64,000 bases of DNA, taken from IMG/VR virus record IMGVR_UViG_3300047550_006373, positions 949 to 64,948 of that record. One strand, written 5' to 3'. Position 1 is the first letter of the stretch; each line of letters starts with the position of its first letter. Below the pieces are notes generated by a model. That model worked only from the letters and a program-made list of their open reading frames with translations, was not told the DNA's origin and did not search any database. Position numbers and translations under genes: made by a program. This stretch comes from a virus (lineage: Duplodnaviria; Caudoviricetes). Of the stretch, positions 1 through 9,821 are shown piece by piece.

Positions 1-1
1 C

Positions 2-967
2 ACGACATATAACTGTAAAAAACAAGGCTATCCATATGTCCAAGCTATCAAATCTATGCTTGGTTTTTGTGATGAGGTTTGCATTGTAGACGGTGGTTCT
101 ACAGATGGAACATTTGAAACATTAGATAATCTTAGAGCTTCTGATCCTAGCAGAGTAAAGCTAAAGAAGATAGCAAGAGATTGGGGGCATCCGAGGCATG
201 CAGTATTTGATGGATTGCAAAAAGCTGAAGCTAGAGATATGTGTACTTCTGAATTTTGCTGGCAGATGGATTCAGATGAGGTAGTTCACGAAGATGATTA
301 TCAAAAGATAATAGATTTATGCAAAAAATTTCCAGCAAATGTAGAGATTCTCTCCTTGCCCGTGATTGAATACTGGGGTGGACCAGAAAAGATTAGGGCA
401 GATATTCAGCCGTGGAAGTGGAGATTAAGTAGAAATCTTCCCCATATCACACATGGAATACCTTCTCATCTAAGAAGGCAAGATGAGCTTGGAACATATG
501 CACTTCAAGGTACGGATGGATGTGACATGATTCACAAGGAAACAGGTCAGATTATTAATCATCTAACCTTTCACAACGAAGAGTCTGAGAGAGTAAGAAT
601 CGCTGCAATTTCAGGCAATATCGAAGCAATTTCTGTTTACCAGAGCTGGTTCAATCAAATTATTGAAAATATACCTGGTGTATACCACTATTCTTGGTAT
701 GATATTCCTAGAAAGATGAGGCTTTACAGGGATTACTGGACACGTCACTGGAATTCTCTTTTTAGAGGATCGCTAGAAGACACGTCAGAAACAAATATGA
801 TGTTCGATGTACCCTGGTCTCAAGTTACCGAAGAGATGATAGAGGAAAAAGCAAAACTCCTTTTAGAAAAAACAGGAGGATGGATTTGGCATAGAAAATG
901 GGATGGTACCAATATTCCTCATATAAAAATCGCCAGATCTCAACCTAGGATAATGAACGATGAATAA
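2..967 (+). CDS. GT2-family glycosyltransferase (5'-partial; frame open from the window edge)
   Basis: Frame reads TTYNCKKQGYPYVQAIKSM before the ATG at 56. GT-A motifs DEVCIVDGGSTDGT and a DxD in QMDSDEVV. Confidence 0.8.
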   Translation, partial: TTYNCKKQGYPYVQAIKSMLGFCDEVCIVDGGSTDGTFETLDNLRASDPSRVKLKKIARDWGHPRHAVFDGLQKAEARDMCTSEFCWQMDSDEVVHEDDYQKIIDLCKKFPANVEILSLPVIEYWGGPEKIRADIQPWKWRLSRNLPHITHGIPSHLRRQDELGTYALQGTDGCDMIHKETGQIINHLTFHNEESERVRIAAISGNIEAISVYQSWFNQIIENIPGVYHYSWYDIPRKMRLYRDYWTRHWNSLFRGSLEDTSETNMMFDVPWSQVTEEMIEEKAKLLLEKTGGWIWHRKWDGTNIPHIKIARSQPRIMNDE

Positions 968-1868
968 AATACCTGTCTGTATAGTGTCTTTTAATAGAGC
1001 TCTTTATCTAAATTCTTTGCTTCATTCATTGTCTAGTGAGCTAGAAGAATTTGAAATAATAGTTGCTGATAACAACTCTTCTGAAAAAAAGTTTAAGGAA
1101 GTAGTAGAAGAGTGGAAAGACAGAGTTACTTTTTTAAATCTGCAAGGCGGCGACTGGATCAACGATGAGTACAAGGCTAAGAATTCTTTCTTGGATCATA
1201 TTAGAAAAAATGGTCTAATAGAAAATGAATACAGCTTGTTTCTTCAAGATGATATGCAGTACATTGGCCCTAAAAAATTTCTTAAAAATAAAGTAGAGAA
1301 TGTAAAGAAAGAGAATTTTTTAAATGTTAGTCTTACAGGTGCAAGAAGATCTACAATATCAAGTACTTATCTAGAAAAAATTGGAAATGTTTGGTCGTCT
1401 GTAGATAACCACTTCTTTACCACGGGACTCTTTAAAAATGAAGTTTTTAAGAATGTAGGCTATTATTCTCAAAGTTACGAAACAAGAAAAGAATTTTGGG
1501 GTAGAGGAGAAGACGACTACAATAAAAGAGTTCAAGAATTTTACGGAAAAAAGTCAAAAATATCTTGTCATGGTCATGTCCCTCTATTCGTAGGTGTCTG
1601 GAATGATCCAAGGGGACACTATTCTTTTATAAGAAATAATAGACGATATGGCCATTATCTCCCCCCGGTCTCACCAAACAAGACATATTATAGAAATTTA
1701 TCTGAAGATGAAATGAATGAGCTTTCTCTAAGACACCATCCTTTAGGATTTGCAGATGTTGCCCACCCAATTGGATGGCAATACGCAAAAAGCTTAGACG
1801 GAGATCAAGTAAAATATCCTCAAGAAAAAATAATATTAGAAGGACCAGTTGGAGATCTATATGAATAA
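960..1868 (+). CDS. GT2-family glycosyltransferase
   Basis: IVSFNR...IIVADNNS start, FLQDD acidic motif, WGRGEDD motif. Overlaps the upstream stop. Confidence 0.75.
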   Translation: MNKIPVCIVSFNRALYLNSLLHSLSSELEEFEIIVADNNSSEKKFKEVVEEWKDRVTFLNLQGGDWINDEYKAKNSFLDHIRKNGLIENEYSLFLQDDMQYIGPKKFLKNKVENVKKENFLNVSLTGARRSTISSTYLEKIGNVWSSVDNHFFTTGLFKNEVFKNVGYYSQSYETRKEFWGRGEDDYNKRVQEFYGKKSKISCHGHVPLFVGVWNDPRGHYSFIRNNRRYGHYLPPVSPNKTYYRNLSEDEMNELSLRHHPLGFADVAHPIGWQYAKSLDGDQVKYPQEKIILEGPVGDLYE

Positions 1869-2580
1869 TTTTGTCTTTATTTCTCCAATGTTCAACGCAT
1901 CAGAGACGCTGGCTAGAATGCTACATTCTCTATACGGTCAATCATATGATTCTTGGCGACTTTTTTTGGTCGATGATGTCTCGAATGAATTTCACGTAAA
2001 TCGATCGAAAGAAATAATAAAGTCTTTCGAGTCCATCAAACCAGGAAAAATAACTTCTGTCTGGAATGAAACAAAAGAATGGGAAGTTTCAAATGTCTTA
2101 AAGGGGTTAAAAACTTGTGACGATGACGATATTGTCTGTAGAATAGATGCAGATGATTGGCTTACAGATTTAGACTGTCTAGCTATTTTAGACTACACTT
2201 ATCAAGCTACAAAATGTGACATTGCTTGGACTGCTCACAGGTGGAGCTTTTCTGACAAGAACATAAGCGGTCCTATGAGTAATGATGCAGATCCGTATAG
2301 TCATCCCTGGGTTTCGAGTCACTTAAAAACTTTTAGAAAGAATCTTTTAAATGGTGTTAGTGACCAAAATTATAGAGGGGAAGACGGCAGTTACATAAGA
2401 AGAGCAGGAGATCAAGCAATTTATCTTCCTGCACTTAGGAATTCAAAAAACAGGGTCTTTGTACCGAGAGTAATGTATCACTATACCATAAAAGATGAAC
2501 CACAAACTTACCAGACCGAAGATGCAAAATTTCAAAGAGACGAAGCTGTCTTTCTTAGAAAACGTGGCTATGTAGGTTAA
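1861..2580 (+). CDS. GT2-family glycosyltransferase
   Basis: FISPMFNA...LVDDVS and DxD in RIDADDWL. ATG at 1861 follows GGAG at 1851-1854, so preferred over the TTG at 1849. Confidence 0.85.
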   Translation: MNNFVFISPMFNASETLARMLHSLYGQSYDSWRLFLVDDVSNEFHVNRSKEIIKSFESIKPGKITSVWNETKEWEVSNVLKGLKTCDDDDIVCRIDADDWLTDLDCLAILDYTYQATKCDIAWTAHRWSFSDKNISGPMSNDADPYSHPWVSSHLKTFRKNLLNGVSDQNYRGEDGSYIRRAGDQAIYLPALRNSKNRVFVPRVMYHYTIKDEPQTYQTEDAKFQRDEAVFLRKRGYVG

Positions 2581-2588
2581 TTAATCTT

Positions 2589-3185
2589 ATGAGAAGCTAT
2601 AACTATAAAGACTATCAGAATTACATAGATGAACAAAAACAGCATCAAAAAACAGCGGAGAGAACCAAAAGCAGAGAAAGAAGTGGCTATATCGAAAAGA
2701 TAAGAAAAAATTTCCCAGATGCAAAGAGCGTCTTGTGTGTCGGAGCACGACATCCAAGTGAAGTTAAAACATTTATAGAAGAAAAATTTGAAGCTTTAGG
2801 AATAGATCTTTTTTCTTCAGACCCGACGCTTATCAAAGTTGTTGACATGCATAATATTAATGATGAATTTCAAGAAAATCAATTCGATCTAGTATTTTCT
2901 TGTCATTCCCTAGAACATTCATATGATCCCGGTTTGGTTCTTAGATCTTTTTATAAAGTTTCTAAGATGGGAGCTTTTATAGTTCTTCCAATTTCAGAAA
3001 ATCCCACTGCAAAAGATCCTTGTGTTTTTGATTTTATGACATACACAAATTCAAAACCTGAAGATGCTCTCATAGAGAAAGAAATGATAGAAGCATCAAA
3101 AATTAATTTGTCTATTAAAGAATCATCATATAAACCAACAGAAAGTGATGGTTTCTGGTTGTCGATTCAGTGGATTGGTAAATGA
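2589..3185 (+). CDS. class I SAM-dependent methyltransferase
   Basis: Motif I-like VLCVGAR, then GIDL, DMH and FDLVFSCHSLEH. Confidence 0.75.
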   Translation: MRSYNYKDYQNYIDEQKQHQKTAERTKSRERSGYIEKIRKNFPDAKSVLCVGARHPSEVKTFIEEKFEALGIDLFSSDPTLIKVVDMHNINDEFQENQFDLVFSCHSLEHSYDPGLVLRSFYKVSKMGAFIVLPISENPTAKDPCVFDFMTYTNSKPEDALIEKEMIEASKINLSIKESSYKPTESDGFWLSIQWIGK

Positions 3186-4099
3186 AAGCCTATATTAATA
3201 GAAAGCCCGTAATAGGGCCCTGGGGAGGTGGAAACCTCTGGGTAAAGTCGTCTCATGATCTATTTCCTCAGCTTGGTATTAATTTAGTCAATAATATTGA
3301 AGAAAAACCTGACGTCTTGTTCATAGCAGGTCTTAGTTCAGACGGAGATCGAGACAGCATCTCAGTATCTGAAGCAATTAAATACAAAGCTAGCAGAAAG
3401 CTAGCAGGCCACGATGTCAAATTGATTCTTAGAGTCAATGAAAATGATGCAAGAAAAGGTACTTTTGGAATTGATCAATCCATTAAGTCGGTAAGTAATG
3501 ACATGGATTGTGTCATCTTCGTGTCTAAATGGCTTAAAGACTATTTCAATGCAGACACTTGGAATACACGCACCGAATACATCTATAATGGTGTAGATAA
3601 AGAAATATTTAAAACTACTTCGAAATTAAACAATCAAAAGATCAACATTGTTACGCATCACTGGTCCGATAATTTTATGAAAGGATTTGATGTCTACGAT
3701 TATCTTGACAGCTGGGTATCTTCAAATAAAGAATTTTCTTTCACTTATATCGGAAGAGACAGAGGAACTTTTAAAAATACAAAAGTAATCAAGCCTATAT
3801 TCGGTAAATCTCTGGGGGAAGAATTATCTCGATACGACGTATATGTCTCAGCTTCCAGATTTGATCCAGGACCTAATCATATCATAGAATCAATTTCATG
3901 CGGTTTACCAACATACGTTCACAAAGATGGCGGCGGATGTGTAGAATTTGCAGGGGAAGATCACGTCTACAGTAATATAGCTAATCTTGTTGAAATACTT
4001 TTGTCAAAAAAGTACGAGAAGAACACAGTTTGGCATCCTGAAAATTGGAACAACTGCGTCTCAAAATTTGCGTCTATTGCGAAAGAGCTATATCAATGA
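3182..4099 (+). CDS. GT4-like (GT-B) glycosyltransferase
   Basis: GPWGGG N-terminus, IFVSKWL, IYNGVD, KGFD, DVYVSASRFDPGPNHIIESISCGLP. Confidence 0.8.
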   Translation: MKAYINRKPVIGPWGGGNLWVKSSHDLFPQLGINLVNNIEEKPDVLFIAGLSSDGDRDSISVSEAIKYKASRKLAGHDVKLILRVNENDARKGTFGIDQSIKSVSNDMDCVIFVSKWLKDYFNADTWNTRTEYIYNGVDKEIFKTTSKLNNQKINIVTHHWSDNFMKGFDVYDYLDSWVSSNKEFSFTYIGRDRGTFKNTKVIKPIFGKSLGEELSRYDVYVSASRFDPGPNHIIESISCGLPTYVHKDGGGCVEFAGEDHVYSNIANLVEILLSKKYEKNTVWHPENWNNCVSKFASIAKELYQ

Positions 4100-4452
4100 A
4101 CAGCATACACCAGACAATAAGCAAGATTTTAAACGATAGACTTCAAAGAAGAGTAGATCAAAAGCTTGACAGAACTGCATGCATAGAAATTTACGGAGAT
4201 ATCTTTTATTCACTTTCAGAGCTATTCAAACAATCTCAGACCCCGCTCAGTAACGAATCGGTAAATATGCTGGCACAGATGTATTACGATGCAGTAACTG
4301 TGAACGGAAATCAAGAGCTTGATCCGACTATCTTTACAAAAAGAGCAAGAGTTGAAGAAATACCTACTAATGAACTTTCTTTGATGGCGACAATGTTAAA
4401 TGGATCTCCTTTTGCTGATTTCTTCATTCTTGCAATTAAGAAGCGTTCATGA
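4096..4452 (+). CDS. hypothetical protein
   Basis: ATGA overlap with the upstream stop (ATG 4096) and with the downstream gene. No recognisable motif. Confidence 0.6.
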   Translation: MNSIHQTISKILNDRLQRRVDQKLDRTACIEIYGDIFYSLSELFKQSQTPLSNESVNMLAQMYYDAVTVNGNQELDPTIFTKRARVEEIPTNELSLMATMLNGSPFADFFILAIKKRS

Positions 4453-5372
4453 TAATTCAATTTGATAATGTTAATTTTCAATCTCGAACGGGTCCCAATA
4501 CATTTGCGCAAAGACTCGCAAAATCTTTTATAGATCTTGGCCACAAAGTAACAAGTGAATCAAAAGATGCAAATGTTTCTCTGGTTTTTATTGAACCTTC
4601 TGGTAGGACTTTGTCCAATCGAATAGTTCAAAGGCTAGATGGAATCTGGTTTAAACCTGAAGAATTTCTTGAAAAGAACACAAGAATCAAGAAGACTTAC
4701 GAGACTTCCGATTGTGTCATTTGGCAGTCTGAATTTGACAAGTCGATGGTTACAAATTGGTGGGGACTACCTAGAAAAGGTGAAGTCATAAGGAACGGGA
4801 TAACCATAGAAGAAAAAATTGATGAAAACTTAAAGATCGATCTAGAAAATTTAAGAAATAGGTACGATAAGATTTTTATTAGTTCTGCAAACTGGCATCC
4901 TCAAAAAAGGCTGGGAGAAAATCTTCGTCTTTTTGAGCAGCTAAAGAAAAAGTATAAAAATTCGTGTCTAATTGTCATGGGAAATAACGCATCTGTGTCG
5001 GGTGGAGATGTTTATGTCACAGGTAATTTAAATCATGATCAATGCATACAGGTATTTAAGAATTCAGACTGGATGTTGCATCTTGCTTGGCTTGATCATT
5101 GTCCCAATACTGTCGTAGAAGCTTTGTCGTGCAACGTACCCGTTATTTGCTCAGAAGACGGCGGAACAAAAGAGATAGTAGGCAGATACGGTATTGTCTT
5201 AAGGGAAAATTCAAGATACAACTTTGAATTAGTTGACTACGATAGGCCACCTTCATTAGATTTGAGTCAACTAAAAGAACTTCCACCGAGAGAAAGTCTA
5301 GGTGAACACTGTGTTGAAAGCATAGAATCTACTGCTAAAAAATACCTGAGAACGTTTGAATCGATATTATAA
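4449..5372 (+). CDS. GT4-like glycosyltransferase
   Basis: QRLDG, IWQSEF, IRNG, HPQKRL, DHCPNTVVEALSCNVPVI, GGTKEIV. Confidence 0.8.
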   Translation: MIIQFDNVNFQSRTGPNTFAQRLAKSFIDLGHKVTSESKDANVSLVFIEPSGRTLSNRIVQRLDGIWFKPEEFLEKNTRIKKTYETSDCVIWQSEFDKSMVTNWWGLPRKGEVIRNGITIEEKIDENLKIDLENLRNRYDKIFISSANWHPQKRLGENLRLFEQLKKKYKNSCLIVMGNNASVSGGDVYVTGNLNHDQCIQVFKNSDWMLHLAWLDHCPNTVVEALSCNVPVICSEDGGTKEIVGRYGIVLRENSRYNFELVDYDRPPSLDLSQLKELPPRESLGEHCVESIESTAKKYLRTFESIL

Positions 5373-5385
5373 ATTTTTGTAAAAT

Positions 5386-5414
5386 TTGTCTTAGGCTGGA
5401 AAAGATGCTATAAT
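5386..5414 (+). promoter_or_regulatory. sigma70-type promoter with extended -10
   Basis: TTGTCT (5386-5391), 17-nt spacer, TATAAT (5409-5414) preceded by TG at 5406-5407, in one of the few intergenic gaps of the cluster. Confidence 0.6.
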
Positions 5415-5424
5415 TCTAGTCTAG

Positions 5425-7056
5425 GTGACGATAATGAAAATTGTAGGGCTTTGGTCGGGGCATGATTCTTCCTATTGTGTTTTAGAAGATGGATTTGTAA
5501 CACAGCATGTTGAGCTAGAGAGGCACCTCAGAGAAAAAGAGCCTGCAGGAGACTCTGCTGAGTTATTTTCAAATTTAAACGGAGACTTCAAAGATGCAAT
5601 TTGTGCAACTACTGTTCACAAATCAGATAGGCTTACTTCTCAGCAAGGATGGAACAAATTTAAAGGAATAGACCTTTTTGTGTATGGTCACCATCAGTCT
5701 CACGCAGCAAACGCTTTCTATTCAAGTAATTTTGAAAATGCAGTAGTTTTAACAATAGACGGCGGCGGAATAGAAAATGACAATGAGACGGCTTCTATAA
5801 CTATCTGGAAGGGTTGCGGTACAAAGCTGGACAAGCTTCTTTCAATCTCTGACGGAGATTTAAACATCGGAGGAGTTTGGACTAGAACGACAAGATACGT
5901 TTTTAGATATGAAAGCGGATGGCCTCAAGGTCATCAAGCAGGAACTGTCATGGCTCTTTCTGCATTGGGTGATCCTTCTGTGTGGAGATCCGAAGTAGCT
6001 AAGTGGTTTTTAGAAGATCATGCAAAAGTTTTAAGCACCCCAGTCGGTCATATAAAGGGAATGAGTGCAAAAGATCCCCTGAGTCCAAAGCACGACTATC
6101 TTAAAAGATTTGAAGATATAGCACAGAGTAGCGATCAAGAAAAATATAATCTTGCCGCTTCTTTGCAAGAAGCCACTGAAAATTACATCTATGGACTCGT
6201 AAAAAAGTCTCTAGAACTATATCCAGGAGTTGAAAATATTTGTATTTCTGGGGGTGTGGCTTTGAATTCTGTAGCCATGGGAAAGATCTGGGAAAAATTC
6301 CCAGAATTAAAAGGTATTTACATACCTCCTGTTCCTTATGATGGAGGACTATGTATTGGGTCTGCACAGTATCACTGGCATAACGTCTTAGGAAATCCAA
6401 GAATCAAGTGGGAAAATAATGCAAGTCCGTATCTTGGTATTTCTTACACTAGAGACGCAGTAGAAAAAGCAATAGAAAAATACAAAGATGTAGATGTCAG
6501 ACATGACATAGATGATAACCTAGTTTCTGATTTGCTACTACAGGGAAATATTGTATCTGTCTACAATAGAAAAGCAGAATCAGGAAGGAGAGCCCTGGGG
6601 AATAGGTCCATTCTTGCAGATCCTAGAAATAAGGACATGAAAGATAGGGTCAATCACAAGGTAAAGCACAGACAGTGGTTTAGGCCATTTGCACCTTCGA
6701 TACTTAGAGAAGAAGTTAGCGCTTGGTTTGTCAGAGATGTTGACAGCCCTTACATGGGTTTCGTGGTTCCATTTAGGGAAGAATCAAAGGACAAAGTACC
6801 AGCTGTTGTTCACTTTGATGGAACAGCAAGACTACAGACAGTAACAGAAAAAGACAACAGCTGGTACTATTCTTTTTTAAAGACTTGGCATCAAAAATCA
6901 GGAGTTCCTATACTTCTGAACACAAGCTTTAATGATAGAGAGCCGATATGTGAGACCCCAGAAAATGCGCTCAAGTGTTTTTATGAAACAGATATTGATT
7001 TTCTATATTTTCCTGAATACAGAATATTAGTAAGCAAAAATAAAAACACGCCATGA
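5425..7056 (+). CDS. O-carbamoyltransferase, NodU/CmcH/TobZ family
   Basis: GHDSS, HHQSHA, DGGG, SGGVALN, ESGRRALGNRSILADPR, KHRQWFRPFAPS, VHFDGTARLQTV, LNTSFN. The start may be the ATG at 5434. Confidence 0.92.
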   Translation: MTIMKIVGLWSGHDSSYCVLEDGFVTQHVELERHLREKEPAGDSAELFSNLNGDFKDAICATTVHKSDRLTSQQGWNKFKGIDLFVYGHHQSHAANAFYSSNFENAVVLTIDGGGIENDNETASITIWKGCGTKLDKLLSISDGDLNIGGVWTRTTRYVFRYESGWPQGHQAGTVMALSALGDPSVWRSEVAKWFLEDHAKVLSTPVGHIKGMSAKDPLSPKHDYLKRFEDIAQSSDQEKYNLAASLQEATENYIYGLVKKSLELYPGVENICISGGVALNSVAMGKIWEKFPELKGIYIPPVPYDGGLCIGSAQYHWHNVLGNPRIKWENNASPYLGISYTRDAVEKAIEKYKDVDVRHDIDDNLVSDLLLQGNIVSVYNRKAESGRRALGNRSILADPRNKDMKDRVNHKVKHRQWFRPFAPSILREEVSAWFVRDVDSPYMGFVVPFREESKDKVPAVVHFDGTARLQTVTEKDNSWYYSFLKTWHQKSGVPILLNTSFNDREPICETPENALKCFYETDIDFLYFPEYRILVSKNKNTP

Positions 7057-7952
7057 GAAAAGTTTACGTTTTATCCCCAGGAGAGAACTGGATAGTTGAC
7101 AGATTTGTCAAAGAATGGTATGAAGATAATCTTGATATTTCTACAAAGTCACTAGTAGAATCTCAGGTTGTCTGGTTGTTAGCAGACTGGTGCTGGAATC
7201 AAGTTCCCATCGACATTCTGAGAAATAGAAAAGTATTAACAACTGTTCATCACATAGTACCAGAAAAATTTGGGGAAAAAGAAAGAAAAGACTTTGAGTT
7301 AAGAGATGGCATCACAACTGCCTATCACGTGTTTAATCAGTCTACTTCTGACTTCATAAGAAGCATTACTGATAAACCAATACACTTGATTCCATACTGG
7401 GCTAATCAAAAAATTTGGAGAAAAACTCAAGATAAACTATCCCTTAGAAAAAAATACAATATTCCAATTGATTCCTATGTAATTGGATCATTTCAAAGAG
7501 ATACGGAAGGTCATGATCTAGTTAGTCCCAAACTTGAAAAAGGACCAGATCTTCTCGTAGATTTTATAGAGAAGAAAAGAGAAAAAGAAAGTTCTGTTTT
7601 CGTAGTCTTAGCCGGGTGGCGGAGACAGTATGTTATAAACAGACTTAAAGCTTCTAGCATACCTTACGTTTACTATGAGAGGCCTCCTCAGGAAACAGTT
7701 AACGAACTTTATCAGACTCTTGATCTATACCCTGTTTCAGCAAGATGCGAAGGAGGTCCACAGTCACTGATAGAGTGTGGTCTTTTAGGAGTTCCCGTTA
7801 TATCAAGAAATATAGGGATATCAAGTCAAGTATTACCTTCTTCTTCGATAAATGATGAATTGTCTTTAGCTGTTGAAAGCATACCGAGCGTAGAAGGCTG
7901 GGAGTTACCTAGGGGCTATGAAGTCTATAGAAATTTATTGATGAGTATTTAA
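7053..7952 (+). CDS. GT4-like glycosyltransferase
   Basis: TTVHH, GSFQRD, EKGPD, LDLYPVSARCEGGPQSLIECGLLGVPVIS (E-x7-E). Confidence 0.8.
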   Translation: MRKVYVLSPGENWIVDRFVKEWYEDNLDISTKSLVESQVVWLLADWCWNQVPIDILRNRKVLTTVHHIVPEKFGEKERKDFELRDGITTAYHVFNQSTSDFIRSITDKPIHLIPYWANQKIWRKTQDKLSLRKKYNIPIDSYVIGSFQRDTEGHDLVSPKLEKGPDLLVDFIEKKREKESSVFVVLAGWRRQYVINRLKASSIPYVYYERPPQETVNELYQTLDLYPVSARCEGGPQSLIECGLLGVPVISRNIGISSQVLPSSSINDELSLAVESIPSVEGWELPRGYEVYRNLLMSI

Positions 7953-9821
7953 ATGAACATTATAGTTCCTCTTTTAGGCTCAGGATCTCGCTTTAAGGAA
8001 GCAGACTATCCCTCTTCAAAATCTTTAGTTAAGTACAAAACTAAAGAGATAATTTTCTATCTTCTTGACCAACTTGTAGTCAATCAAGACAAAGTCTATG
8101 TTATTCATAGAAGTGATTTAGAAAATGAGAGGTTTAGTGAGAAAGTAAAGTCTCGGTATGGAGAAAGAGTCACTACACATCAAGTTAATTATAACACTTC
8201 GGGAGCAGCCCATACTCTCCAAATAGCTTTAAAGTCTTTTGATATTAATCTAGAAGATCCTTTAGCAGTATGTGACTCTGACACTTTTTATGACAAAGAT
8301 CACATTAATGAAATAAGAGACGTAGGTAACTGTATTTTTCACTTTGAAGATCTTGGTAAAGATCCAATATATTCTTATATTAAAACTGATAAGACCGGAA
8401 AAGTCTTACGAATAAAAGAAAAGTCCAAGATTTCTAATCTTGCATCAGTGGGAACTTATTGTTTTGATAGTGGAATAACTGCTCTAAAATATTGTGAGAA
8501 AGTACTAAAGAAAGACATAAAGCAGAAGGGTGAGCATTACATCTCTTCAGTTTTTCAAGAAATGATAGATGACAATGTTACTGTTACGACTAAGCAGACG
8601 TCTAATTTCAAGTGTCTAGGAACTCCTGCTCAACTTCAGTCTGCAAAGACGGATACGCTTCTTAGAATATGTTTTGATCTTGACAACACTTTAGTTACTG
8701 AACCAAGAATAAAAGGTGATTATTCAACAGTAGAACCAATACAGAAAAATATAGACTTTCTTAATGACTTAAAGAGAGAGGGACACACTATTATCATTCA
8801 CACAGCAAGAGGAATGAAGTCGTGTCAAGGTAAAGTAGGCGTACTCTCAGCAAACATAGGAAAAGTAACTTTCGATACATTAGAAAAGTTTCAAATTCCG
8901 TATGACGAAATCTACTTTGGAAAACCGTTTGCAGATGCTTACATTGACGACAAATCTGTAGACGCATACGGAGATCTAGAAAAACTAACTGGTGTCTACA
9001 GAAATCCTGTTATCAATAGAAATCATAACAGGGTCAGTCTAGAAGAAGAAGTTGTTAGAAAAATTTCAAAAAATAAATCTATTTCTGGAGAACTGTACTG
9101 GTATAAGAATTTGCCAAAAGAAGTTTCTCATTTATTTCCGAAGCTGGTATCCTCGAGAGAAGGTGATGAGACTGAAATTTGTACTCAAAAAATAGAAGGA
9201 ACAACTCTTTCTAGAATGCTAATAAACGGTTCTGTAAATAGAGAAATAATTCATGAACTTTTTAATTCAATTACTTTGATTCACTCTTCTGTATTAGGAG
9301 AAATCAATAATTCAAATCCATATGATAACTACGCTAGAAAGACAGAAGAACGTTTTCAAAAATTTGACTCTTCCCTTTTGCAAGACAAATCAAATGAATC
9401 TTTTTATTCCGACATAATAAGATTTCTTCATGATTACGAAGAAAATAATTCTGCATTAATAAGCAACATACACGGAGACCCAGTTTTTACAAATATTCTC
9501 ATAGACAAAGACAATAGAATGAAGTTTATCGATATGAGAGGACTTCAAGGAAAAGTTTTGACAATTACTGGGGATAAAAACTATGATTATGCCAAGATAT
9601 ACCAGTCTTTGCTAGGATACGACAGTATTGTTCATGACTGTCATCTAGACGATCAATATCTAGAATTTTTAAGAAAAGAATTCGTCGCTGTTAGCAAGTG
9701 TAACGTTGAGATAATAAGAAAATTATCAAGTTCTCTCTTATTTTCCTGTATACCTCTTCAGCCAAGAAAATTGTGGTCAAAACTCCTATTCGTAGCAAAG
9801 GATAGTTTCTATAACAAATGA
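7953..9821 (+). CDS. three-domain fusion: sugar nucleotidyltransferase, HAD phosphatase and APH/choline-kinase-like phosphotransferase
   Basis: N-terminal IVPLLGSGSRF..K and CLGTP; middle CFDLDNTL, IHTARGM, YFGKP..YIDDK; C-terminal HGDPVFTNIL, KFIDMRG, YDYAKIYQS. Confidence 0.8.
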   Translation: MNIIVPLLGSGSRFKEADYPSSKSLVKYKTKEIIFYLLDQLVVNQDKVYVIHRSDLENERFSEKVKSRYGERVTTHQVNYNTSGAAHTLQIALKSFDINLEDPLAVCDSDTFYDKDHINEIRDVGNCIFHFEDLGKDPIYSYIKTDKTGKVLRIKEKSKISNLASVGTYCFDSGITALKYCEKVLKKDIKQKGEHYISSVFQEMIDDNVTVTTKQTSNFKCLGTPAQLQSAKTDTLLRICFDLDNTLVTEPRIKGDYSTVEPIQKNIDFLNDLKREGHTIIIHTARGMKSCQGKVGVLSANIGKVTFDTLEKFQIPYDEIYFGKPFADAYIDDKSVDAYGDLEKLTGVYRNPVINRNHNRVSLEEEVVRKISKNKSISGELYWYKNLPKEVSHLFPKLVSSREGDETEICTQKIEGTTLSRMLINGSVNREIIHELFNSITLIHSSVLGEINNSNPYDNYARKTEERFQKFDSSLLQDKSNESFYSDIIRFLHDYEENNSALISNIHGDPVFTNILIDKDNRMKFIDMRGLQGKVLTITGDKNYDYAKIYQSLLGYDSIVHDCHLDDQYLEFLRKEFVAVSKCNVEIIRKLSSSLLFSCIPLQPRKLWSKLLFVAKDSFYNK

